Shown here piece after piece: positions 57,701 through 64,000 of a DNA stretch of 64,000 bases. The notes below the pieces were generated by a model that saw only the letters and a program-made list of their open reading frames with translations, did no database searches and had not been told where the DNA came from. This DNA comes from a candidate division FCPU426 bacterium (GTDB taxonomy: Bacteria > Oederibacteriota > Muellerivitia > Muellerivitales > Muellerivitaceae). The stretch lies in assembly GCA_030041545.1 (NCBI GenBank), contig JASHNQ010000062.1:38156-102155 (forward strand), written 5' to 3'. Both the position numbers and the translations under genes were made by a program. How positions within the stretch are numbered: position 1 is the first letter of the stretch; the number at the start of each line of letters is the position of its first letter.

Positions 57701-57819
57701 GTGGCCACAGGCGTCGTTTGTCCGCGGGCCCCCAACGGCGCGAGGAGCAAAAAGGCGGTTACCAGGCCCGGGAAGGCCCGTTGTTTCAAGCGTTGAAGGA
57801 GTGATCCGCCGGCCGACAT
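51739..57819 (-). CDS. SprA/Sov-like giant outer-membrane beta-barrel protein with N-terminal FN3 domain
   Basis: Signal peptide; FN3 at ~aa 125-225; GDLQLELPNTQFAGFSKNLFGLEAKLKF, GSESVYLDGRRLTRNVDYMIDYTSG and GARAEYDITDNFFIGSTFL resemble conserved SprA blocks; strand-rich C-half ending AEARF. Confidence 0.75.
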   Translation of the reverse strand: MSAGGSLLQRLKQRAFPGLVTAFLLLAPLGARGQTTPVATPSVSPSPAAASDSDLTVSPEEEIKILDAIDAQSNSLNAQTTPSAAASVPGSAPAPATAAGGGGQAVSAPLSGSVSGAAGPVSYPPPAAPTGLSVLILKEGVYLSWDAAPAGSPVTAYDVYRSTTPGEGYLRLNTKPIPAPYFLDGTQTTLSSPQNGEDYFYVVTASDSYGKTSPDSDELAVTPDGMEIPQAESAAAAPSPTPEAEKVLAIPEKNIINLQLPADTSLSIQGYKKIEADLSFQDFYDRPVENGIAQQQDTTLVNQELVVNLLGKVGKNVDVNVDYSDVNRAGGVDQTKQVISITYHGDADSPVQEVEFGDLQLELPNTQFAGFSKNLFGLEAKLKFDNFNLTTFFAQTQGISATKTFTGNTVQVDKMIQDIQYVPNKYYLITREVLTPSNSSTGGNGALPAPNTEQIWVDQGTGQINPTGPNFGGPNNLFAHWLPGRDYTIDYSTGIITFITALPSTARIAVGFQNQNGQYRGLNAYNNSNTANFPSTVPSTSLFVPDSGAVGVPVTVSNPTLGQSGKYPGYLIKDNNNSTGWTSANAIACSPLYLVNFFNLGTDKIVPPQDDPGFLFQVISTNNTVLQTGQGVSTVGSSTPWVYNVDLDFNYLTVINANFLASTAPTSFLWPERPFANLDTSGGSSSSANPPDVYCQTVAPTSQYSVHIRYKTQSNNYSLGQLNIIQGSESVYLDGRRLTRNVDYMIDYTSGTLDFPNKSILSPDSQIVVTYEYSPFGAAGQNNILGARAEYDITDNFFIGSTFLEDDAQQPLEVPQIGSTPDSLTLFDADTRLTLSPDDVKSLTDVIPGLENWKPPLSVKLSGEVAQSYYNPDTYNANGENGVAMIDNMQGIDSATALSTNQTSWLVSAPPEPVGFLGNVTYDGGADPTNNRCRFYNANAPNSNMVVFQTIGTSNGANGLSYTNVPAYGGNVYAETQQANDAVQVLQFPYSNLTSQRWAGLRTVISTNGADFSNVTYFDSWVYNDGNPKWIMVDFGVLDEDVNGQPTAAQGSTFFSDPNEFAQPQLPADPLYAIPTFYYQGNPWSAGGSSTASVTYLLPGEETSQEGVSVGSGTSYVTENMNGTNIINDQDSYFEYGIDANWTGWHEVKIPVNLSASTGPGTTPDGISYFFNTVGAPSPTIIRSARVWMTGASPSPISGDVYFQSIDFTQNLWVLQVDPTANQSQGVTVNPSKFDVDSISQAENSSFVPTMNFVTVQAGQDQSALLYSQMALEVTYNLSSADFQPSGDINGTPIYYATRLFSQGIDLTNYQDLRFELYLRAYQPGDVLFLRVGNDPQDYYQFNMQLSQAAVSCLNTWGTVDFQLASTTNRLQVGTPFINRVTNISFGVVSPNAPSGFKGDMWIINLHAANSVVRSGLARRADGAFVIGDDAKKPFATLNLRYQEVDSGFTQMDQTSTHFQHSTQLGVDYTSSGVSLFSQPLVTQASYTHQDLTTESALLDNPYYISLPNTSSDNAIGSISYTKDLGPSFGRLTSFQLSGSVNDQNSTYPNQSYLSQPGVQGNNQNNQAVYTVASTYDAPAKLLFLPIGANQFTESYSMNYNTEDFLAPNYEGLANYNRTTRTQTYGWTNTTELVKNLVFTPGYTWTLTDAMGNTNSAGVPVSVSSYSVTYTPFQEQEQPKAGLVYRGIPGLTPSVAYTGSNSYDWVSYSTGLQFNSANNLAFTGNFTPSSWFGFLQKINPTFTYGRTYAANSTIPGYRQGMLSLDEQWGIDPDFADALLATQSETDQVTGDFKLFDVWDFRPNASWTNQLNLLSQGSNPVPQNGKTIGLTTVYNHKILTLPFVGFSVDSAQFQYTHTDSTQYDSTIPPSIANETESDLYGITLPYDLGKGAGQGNIHLQQTTGYQNGLSTLDTLVTQSDQQLSIEYDQRFNPHLDFHVPLTHWVIRMGNDVDLKTTYLMEFVNNQSSYVNNELQTQSYRVTINCQYNALTNLLVGVGLTNQYFTNLLNNQLNYVLWMGTVSAEARF

Positions 57820-57877
57820 TTAAAACCGCCCTCCAAAACCAATTTCGAGTTCTCAATTCCAAATTTTGAATTTTGAT

Positions 57878-58624
57878 TCAAAGCCCGAGCACTTTCCTCA
57901 AATCCTCCAGCCTTTCGCGGCTCACCGGGAGGCGGGTTTTGGCCGGGTCGGACAAAACCGCCGTGTATTTTCGGTCTCCCTCGTGCTCCAGTTCCCGGAG
58001 GTAATCCAGGTTGATGATGGCGCTGCGGTGGATCCTCAAGAAACGGTTGGGGTCCAGCCTTTGGGCCAGTTGGTCCAGGCTGTCGTCGGACAACAGTTCC
58101 TGGCCGTCCACCAGCAGGGCCGCGTAGTGCTCGCGGGCCACGATGGCTGAAACCTGGGACGGCTCGAAAACGCGGTACTTGGATCCGCACTTGACCGCCA
58201 TGCGCCTGCGGGCGCGGCCTTCCTCCAGGCGCTCGATGAGCTTTTGGAGGGGGGCGGGGGATCGGGGTTCCTCGCGCCGCTTCAGGCGGTCCATGGTTTC
58301 GGCCAACCTTTCGGGCGATACGGGTTTCACCAGGTAATCCAGGGCCGAAAGCTCAAACGCCTTCAGGGCGTGCTCGCTGTAAGCCGTCACGAAAACCACC
58401 GCCGGCCCCTTGTTCCCCCAGGCTTCCGCCACTTCCAGGCCATCCAACTCGGGCATTTCAATGTCCAGAAACGCCAGATCCGGGCGCAAGGTTTGGGCGT
58501 CCTGCAGGGCCTCCAAACCGTTGGCGGCCTCCCCGACCACCTCCAAGTCCGGGAAAGCGGAAAGCAGGCGGGCCAGCCGCGACCTCGCGGGAGCCTCGTC
58601 ATCGACGATCAAAGCCTTAATCAT
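57878..58624 (-). CDS. LytTR family response regulator
   Basis: IVDDEAPAR, FLDIEMP, FVTAY, DYLVKP, FLRIHRSAIIN, LPVSRE. Confidence 0.95.
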   Translation of the reverse strand: MIKALIVDDEAPARSRLARLLSAFPDLEVVGEAANGLEALQDAQTLRPDLAFLDIEMPELDGLEVAEAWGNKGPAVVFVTAYSEHALKAFELSALDYLVKPVSPERLAETMDRLKRREEPRSPAPLQKLIERLEEGRARRRMAVKCGSKYRVFEPSQVSAIVAREHYAALLVDGQELLSDDSLDQLAQRLDPNRFLRIHRSAIINLDYLRELEHEGDRKYTAVLSDPAKTRLPVSRERLEDLRKVLGL

Positions 58625-58647
58625 GGATCCCCCCCAAAACCCATCAA

Positions 58648-59781
58648 TTATTCATTGCCATTGGCCGCTAAGAGCGGCATGGACAAGCCGACTCTCGTGC
58701 CACCGCCTTGGCGGTGTGTTATCTCCAGCCGTCCCTCGGTTCCAAACCCCAGTTCCAGCCTCTTGCGGCAATTCTCCAGGGCCGTTCCTGAACCCGCGTA
58801 AGGTGAATTTCCAAACCCGACACCGTCATCCTCCACTGAAAGTTCCAGCCGACCGCCCGGCAAAGCCGCCCGAATCCAAATCCTCCCCCCCGCCGCGCGG
58901 GAAGAAAGGCCGTGCTTCACGGCGTTTTCCACAAGGGGCTGGAGCAAAAGAACGGGCACCAGGACCTGGGCGGGATCCAGCCCTTGTCCGATTTCGACGG
59001 AGGAGGAAAGCCGGGGCCCGAACCGGGCCTTTTCAATGTCCAGGTAGGTCCGGCAGAATTCCAACTCCTTGGCCAGGGAATGGTTGGATTTTCGGGTGGC
59101 CTCCAGGACCGCTTGGAAGAGGGTCGAGAGCTTCACCACCATTTCCTCGGCCTTGCCGGGGTCGGCGGGGATCAGGGCCGCCACCGTGTTGAGGGTGTTG
59201 AAAAGGAAATGGGGGTTCATTTGGTCCTTCAATTTATCCAGGGCCGCCTGGAGCCTTTCCTTTTCCAGTTCCTCCGCGCGGATTTGGCTTAAACGGGCCG
59301 AGTCCCGCAAATCCAAGAAGGAAATGAAAAGGAAACAGACCAGAAAAAGGGACCAAATCCAGGAAATCTCAGTGCCGTAGAACCGCCACTGAAACTCGAA
59401 GGGGATGGGTTCGCCAGGATAAAGGGAGTTGATGAAAACTAATATCAGGCGGTCCGCAATGTAAACCCCCAAAGGCGCCACGAAAGCCACGAACAGAAGA
59501 TGCCAGGCCAATCCGTGCCGTGGAAGGTTTTTGGCCAACCATTGGGCCCAAACCCTTTCCATGAAACGATAGGCCTTTACAAGGGCCAACCCCGTCAAAA
59601 CGGCGCAGGTGGCCTCAAAAAAACTCCATCCCCACCGGAAAAGGGATAAGGTCCAATTGCTCAAGACGAAACTGACCAAAAGGGTCCAAAGGGGGTTCCA
59701 AATCAGGAGAAGTTTGATGCAGGAGAGGAAAAAGGATTTCTCGAAATCAAGGAAGAGGATTTTTTTCCAGAGTTGGGTCAT
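58648..59781 (-). CDS. LytS/YehU-type sensor histidine kinase
   Basis: Four TMs, QMNPHFLFNTLN, LAKELEF, LQPLVENAVKHG, DDGVGF, GTALEN; ATG at 59781. Confidence 0.93.
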   Translation of the reverse strand: MTQLWKKILFLDFEKSFFLSCIKLLLIWNPLWTLLVSFVLSNWTLSLFRWGWSFFEATCAVLTGLALVKAYRFMERVWAQWLAKNLPRHGLAWHLLFVAFVAPLGVYIADRLILVFINSLYPGEPIPFEFQWRFYGTEISWIWSLFLVCFLFISFLDLRDSARLSQIRAEELEKERLQAALDKLKDQMNPHFLFNTLNTVAALIPADPGKAEEMVVKLSTLFQAVLEATRKSNHSLAKELEFCRTYLDIEKARFGPRLSSSVEIGQGLDPAQVLVPVLLLQPLVENAVKHGLSSRAAGGRIWIRAALPGGRLELSVEDDGVGFGNSPYAGSGTALENCRKRLELGFGTEGRLEITHRQGGGTRVGLSMPLLAANGNE

Positions 59782-60379
59782 CCGCCATTCCCCCGGGTGC
59801 GCCGATCCGTCGGCGGCTGTTTTCTCCAACACCGGGTCTTCCCCCGGAGCCAAGCCCTTGTTTCCGGAGATGATAGCAACACTGGAATAATCCCAACGGC
59901 TTATTTTCACCTTTTGCAAACGGAGGGTCCTTTCACGGCCTAAGGAACCACTCCCTTCGTCAAACCACGAGGCCCCTTGGTCGATGGCCACCCCCCGAGG
60001 GGATGGCGGGGGATTCTTGGACTTAGCGATCGGAAAGGCACAATCCCCTTCTCCCCACTTTTCAAAGCGGGGAATTTACGTCAAAAGAACGCGGCCCCGC
60101 TATTCAAGCGTGGCCGCGTCGCCCAAGATCAGGATCAGTGGCGGTCGTTTCCCCGCTCAAACCAGTCCTAATCGCCCTTCGTTAAAAATATCCCAATCGG
60201 TGGACAAAAGGGCTCCGAATACGCGAAAGGCCGAAAAAGGCCACTGAACGGACATGGAACGGGCTGAACGCCGGTATTTTGAGGGAAAATCCCGTGTTAT
60301 ACTCGGCCCTTTAAAAGCAGCCTACAGCCCTTTGATGAACCCAGGGCCTAATAAAATCGCCATGAGCCTGCCGAATGGT

Positions 60380-60465
60380 TGACAGTTCACAGTCGGCAGC
60401 GGGGCTGGCGGCGTATGGTTTAAATCCTTTGCTGCGAACTGCCAACCGTGAGCTGCAAACTGCCT
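60380..60465. repeat. heptamer palindromic element upstream of lptF
   Basis: GACAGTTC ACAGTCG GCAGC...GCGAACT GCCAACC GTGAGCT GCAAACT GCC. Confidence 0.65.
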
Positions 60466-60479
60466 TTCAAGGATGCGAA

Positions 60480-61640
60480 TTGAAAACCGTTTATCGCTAC
60501 GTCCTCACTGAAATGGTCCCTTCGTTCCTGATGTGCGTCGCCCTCCTGACCTGCCTATTCATGACCAACAAAATATTGCTGATGCTGGACCTGGTGCTCA
60601 ACAAGAAAGTCCCCTTCTTTCAGACTTTGGTGCTGTACCTGAGCCTGGTCCCCTTCATCCTGTCCATGACCATCCCCATGTCCATGATGGTGGGAACCCT
60701 CCTCGCTTTCGGACGGTTGAGCTCCGACATGGAGGTGATGGCCTTTAAGAGTAGCGGGGTCCATTTATTCCATTTGATCGCGCCGGTTTTGGCCCTGGGG
60801 CTCTTGATGACCGGCGCCATGCTGTATTTCAACGACAAGGTGCTGCCCGCGGCCAATTTCCTATTCAAGGAAACCCAGTTCCAAATCCTACAAAAACAGG
60901 CCAATTTGGCCATCCGGGAGAAGGTTTGGATTGACCAGTTTGAAAACTACCGGTTTTTAATCGACCACCAGGAACCCGACGGGTCCTTCTCCAACATCAA
61001 GGCTTTCAATTACTGGTCGCCCAAGGCCCCTCTCCAAACGACCGTGGCTAAAACGGGCACGCTGGTCAACGATCCCAACACTTACCAGGTTTTCTTCCAC
61101 CTCAACAACGGCGTGATGAGCTGGGACAACAACAATTATCATACCTACAACCAGCTTTACTTCGACCGCTACATCATTCGCCTCAATTTCGAGAACCAGT
61201 TGTCCCGGCTGGCCGACATGAAAAAGGACTATGAGGAGATGGATTTGGACGAACTTTTGCGGGCAATCCCCCAGGAAATAGACCCGGGGCGGCTCAACCG
61301 TTTGAGGACGGAATATCAGAAAAGGCTGTCCCTGCCTTTCGCGTGCCTGGTGCTATCCTGGTTTTGCGCTCCATTGGGGCTTTGGACCAAATCCAAGGGT
61401 TTCATGGGCTTCGTCCTGGGGCTGGCTCTTATCTTCGTTTATTACCTCATGTTCATCCTGGGGGAAACCCTCAGCAACCAAGGGACGCTCAACCCTGTAG
61501 CCGGCCTGTGGGGGGCGGATATGATCCTGGCGGTATCGGGCGGCCTGCTTTATTACCTGGTGATCATGGAGCATTCGGCTTTCCGGCCCCTTCGTTCCGC
61601 TTTTCGCGGAGGCGGCGTCAGGAAAGAAACCCGTCGATGA
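60480..61640 (+). CDS. lptF: LPS export ABC transporter permease LptF
   Basis: TVYRYVLTEM, FGRLSSDMEVMAFKSSG, EYQKRLSLPFACL; TTG start at 60480. Confidence 0.88.
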   Translation: MKTVYRYVLTEMVPSFLMCVALLTCLFMTNKILLMLDLVLNKKVPFFQTLVLYLSLVPFILSMTIPMSMMVGTLLAFGRLSSDMEVMAFKSSGVHLFHLIAPVLALGLLMTGAMLYFNDKVLPAANFLFKETQFQILQKQANLAIREKVWIDQFENYRFLIDHQEPDGSFSNIKAFNYWSPKAPLQTTVAKTGTLVNDPNTYQVFFHLNNGVMSWDNNNYHTYNQLYFDRYIIRLNFENQLSRLADMKKDYEEMDLDELLRAIPQEIDPGRLNRLRTEYQKRLSLPFACLVLSWFCAPLGLWTKSKGFMGFVLGLALIFVYYLMFILGETLSNQGTLNPVAGLWGADMILAVSGGLLYYLVIMEHSAFRPLRSAFRGGGVRKETRR

Positions 61641-62725
61641 AAGTCCTCACGAGGTACATCCTCGGCGAGTTCGCCAAGCCCTTCGTCTTGGCCTTGGTGG
61701 GATTCAGCGTCATTGTTCTTGTCGTGCAGGTCTTCAACGACATGCATTTGCTCATGGAGTTCAAGCCCGGGATTTGGGTGACCCTGAAATATTTCTCCCT
61801 CTTCCTTCCAGGATTCATGGTGCAGATACTCCCCATCGCCTGCCTGTTCGGAGTGCTTTTCTCCATGGGGACCCTTTCCCGGGGCAACGAACTGATCGCC
61901 ATGCGGTCGGGAGGGGTGGATATTTACCGCATCGCCGTCCCCATTTTTTTCGCCGGCGCCGTCATCTGCGCCTTAAGCCTCTTGTTCAGTGAATTAGTCG
62001 TGCCAACGGCCGAAGCCCGCAAGCACCATACGAAGATGGTGGAAATCACCCACTATCCCGAGGAATCGGCATCCCTGTTCCGCCAGAACATCTCCATGGT
62101 GGGAGCCGATGGGCAGATCTATCACATCGGCTCATTTGACGGTTCCACCAACACCATGACCGACATCCTGGTGCTGGAATTCGACTCGGAAACGCGCCTC
62201 AAGGCCAGGCTGGACGCCAGGGTGGCCCGGTACGAAAACGGTCAGTGGGTGTTTTTCAGCGGCTACCAGAGGGCCTTCGACGACACGGGAGCGGAGATTT
62301 CGGACCAGCCTTTCGACCGTGCGGTCATCCCCCTCCCGGAAAAGCCTGCCGATTTCCTCAAGGCCCAAAAGGAACCCGGCGAACTGAACATGGTGGAACT
62401 GGCGGCCTACATCCGCCAGCTCAAGCACAACGGCTCGGACTACCACAAGGAGCTTGTCACCCTCTACCTGAAATTCGCCTCTCCCTTCGGCTGCGTCATC
62501 ATGGTGATCCTGGGGGTGCCTTGGGGTTGGAGCATGCGAAAATACACCGGCGTCATCGCCAGCGTGGGCATCTGCACGCTGGTGGCTTTCGCTTACATCG
62601 GGGGCATGCAAATCGGCCAGCATTTGGGGGAATCGGGGGTGGTGTCCCCCTTCCTCTCCGTATGGATCGCCAACGTGATCTTCGCGGTCATTGGGCCCGT
62701 CCTGCTGGTTTGGAAAAACCGGTAA
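61637..62725 (+). CDS. lptG: LPS export ABC transporter permease LptG
   Basis: MKVLTRYILGEF, LSRGNELIAMRSGG, KFASPFGCVIM; ATGA overlap with lptF. Confidence 0.88.
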   Translation: MKVLTRYILGEFAKPFVLALVGFSVIVLVVQVFNDMHLLMEFKPGIWVTLKYFSLFLPGFMVQILPIACLFGVLFSMGTLSRGNELIAMRSGGVDIYRIAVPIFFAGAVICALSLLFSELVVPTAEARKHHTKMVEITHYPEESASLFRQNISMVGADGQIYHIGSFDGSTNTMTDILVLEFDSETRLKARLDARVARYENGQWVFFSGYQRAFDDTGAEISDQPFDRAVIPLPEKPADFLKAQKEPGELNMVELAAYIRQLKHNGSDYHKELVTLYLKFASPFGCVIMVILGVPWGWSMRKYTGVIASVGICTLVAFAYIGGMQIGQHLGESGVVSPFLSVWIANVIFAVIGPVLLVWKNR

Positions 62726-62727
62726 CG

Positions 62728-62825
62728 GCAACTGGCAGTCGACAGCTCACAGTCCATAGCAAGGCTGTCACTGTGTGGGTTAAATCCTTTAAGGTGGACT
62801 GTCGACTGTCACCTGTAAACTGACT
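62728..62825. repeat. heptamer palindromic element between convergent genes
   Basis: GGCAACT GGCAGTC GACAGCT CACAGTC...GGACTGT CGACTGT CACCTGT AAACTGA. Confidence 0.75.
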
Positions 62826-64000
62826 TACTGGTATTGGTAGCCGACCCCGTAGTCCCCCAGGGGATCGCCGTGGTTAATGTGGATATAGACCAAAAATAGG
62901 ATCGAGAGCAGTAATTGGGCGGCCCAGAGCGCCGTTAAAAGGCTTTTTCCGCGGTCGGGGTCGGCGAGCGCCAGACGGGAGAGCCAAACCCACTCCAGCG
63001 GAAAGGTCATGATGAGATAGTGCCGGAAAATCTTGACGCAGGAAAGCGTCATGAGGAGGCCCGTCCCCCATAAGACCGAGTTCACGGCCAGCCCCGTGCC
63101 GGAGGCGGCCCTGAAATCCCACAAAAGTCCCCCTGCTTTCTGGGCCGAAACCAGAAGAAAACACCCACTGGCGACGATCACGAGATGCAGTAAAGCCACC
63201 ATATAGGTCCCCCTTCCGTCAATCAGGGGGAAGCGCAAAAAATCCAGGAAATGGACCGTTTTGAGGCTGTAGGTGAGTCCTATCCCAAATGGATCAGTCA
63301 ACCAATAAATCCAAAACTTCGGGTACAAAATCCAAAGCGGGCTTTCCCAGTTAAAACCGCCCCCGGACCCGGCGGCCAGGTATTGAAGCCAAGGGACCAT
63401 CGGGACAAGGCCGATCAGGGAACCCGCCAGCCAGTATCCCCAGCGGGTCCGGGGGTCATGGAACGCCGTCCAAAGAAAAACGCCGGCGGCCAGGAAGAAA
63501 CCCGACAGGTGGATTTGCCCCAGGCAAATTCCCAGCAGCCCCACCCAAAAGGCCCCGATCCGTTTTTGGCGGAAGTGCCAGGCGATCCAGAAAAACACGC
63601 AAAAAAGCGGGAGGGTGCATTGGGCCCAGATCTTGCGGTGGAAAAGCACCGCAAAGGGGTTCACCGCAGCGAAGGCCGCCGCCCATCGCCAGGCCCATCC
63701 CTCCTTCTCCGGCAGGATCCAGAGGCTGAAATAGGCCAGGACCAAAAGGGCGAGGATATTCAGGCCTTGGACGGCCCGAGCCAATTCCGGTGGGGTGGAA
63801 GCATGGGTGATTCGGGCAAGGGCCGCGAAGATCCAAACGCTCATCCCGGGATTTTTAATCTTGACCCCCGAATTCATCCCAAGGGCCGGCCAAGGTTGGG
63901 TGACACCGACCTCTTGGCTGGCCTCAAACATGTATCGCTCGTCACCCTTGTACTCGATGTCGCCCGGGAAGGAAAGCCGGAGGACCGCTCCCAGGACCAA
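62825..64000 (-). CDS. polytopic membrane protein, ArnT/GT-C-like (5' end beyond the window)
   Basis: Early YKGDE (DE motif), LGMNSG..NPG, RKIWAQ, multiple TMs. Confidence 0.65.
   Translation of the reverse strand: MVLGAVLRLSFPGDIEYKGDERYMFEASQEVGVTQPWPALGMNSGVKIKNPGMSVWIFAALARITHASTPPELARAVQGLNILALLVLAYFSLWILPEKEGWAWRWAAAFAAVNPFAVLFHRKIWAQCTLPLFCVFFWIAWHFRQKRIGAFWVGLLGICLGQIHLSGFFLAAGVFLWTAFHDPRTRWGYWLAGSLIGLVPMVPWLQYLAAGSGGGFNWESPLWILYPKFWIYWLTDPFGIGLTYSLKTVHFLDFLRFPLIDGRGTYMVALLHLVIVASGCFLLVSAQKAGGLLWDFRAASGTGLAVNSVLWGTGLLMTLSCVKIFRHYLIMTFPLEWVWLSRLALADPDRGKSLLTALWAAQLLLSILFLVYIHINHGDPLGDYGVGYQYQ

Noticed and set aside
61343-61636. N-terminal extension of lptG in the ORF track
   Set aside because: It overlaps lptF; the ATGA-coupled start at 61637 gives the typical MKVLTRY start.

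Overview
64-kb chromosomal window from a diderm bacterium (LptF/G, Lnt, outer-membrane barrels), with nearly all genes on the minus strand. Housekeeping content: argD-argF-argG-argH plus a separate argC, dGTPase, rph-rdgB, uvrB-uvrC, gap/pgk/tpiA/secG, lnt, lptFG and 8 tRNAs. Carbohydrate content: a GH94 phosphorylase, a modular secreted clan GH-A hydrolase and two LacI regulators. A small integrase-less toxin-antitoxin/exonuclease island sits in tRNA-Arg(TCT). The two main highlights are as follows. (1) A 2026-aa SprA/Sov-like (type IX secretion translocon-like) barrel protein with an extra N-terminal FN3 domain is encoded 2 bp upstream of a ~1570-aa FN3-repeat protein carrying a FlgD-Ig/T9SS-type C-terminal sorting domain, in a gene context that does not look like Bacteroidota (inference). 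(2) Several small palindromic element families are present: a ~100-bp CCA-flanked element follows five tRNA 3' ends and is also inserted in frame in a membrane protein gene, and other hairpin elements accompany duplicated gene ends, including a fully synonymous duplicate of the dGTPase C-terminus. All family assignments come from recognising motifs by eye; no database search was run.
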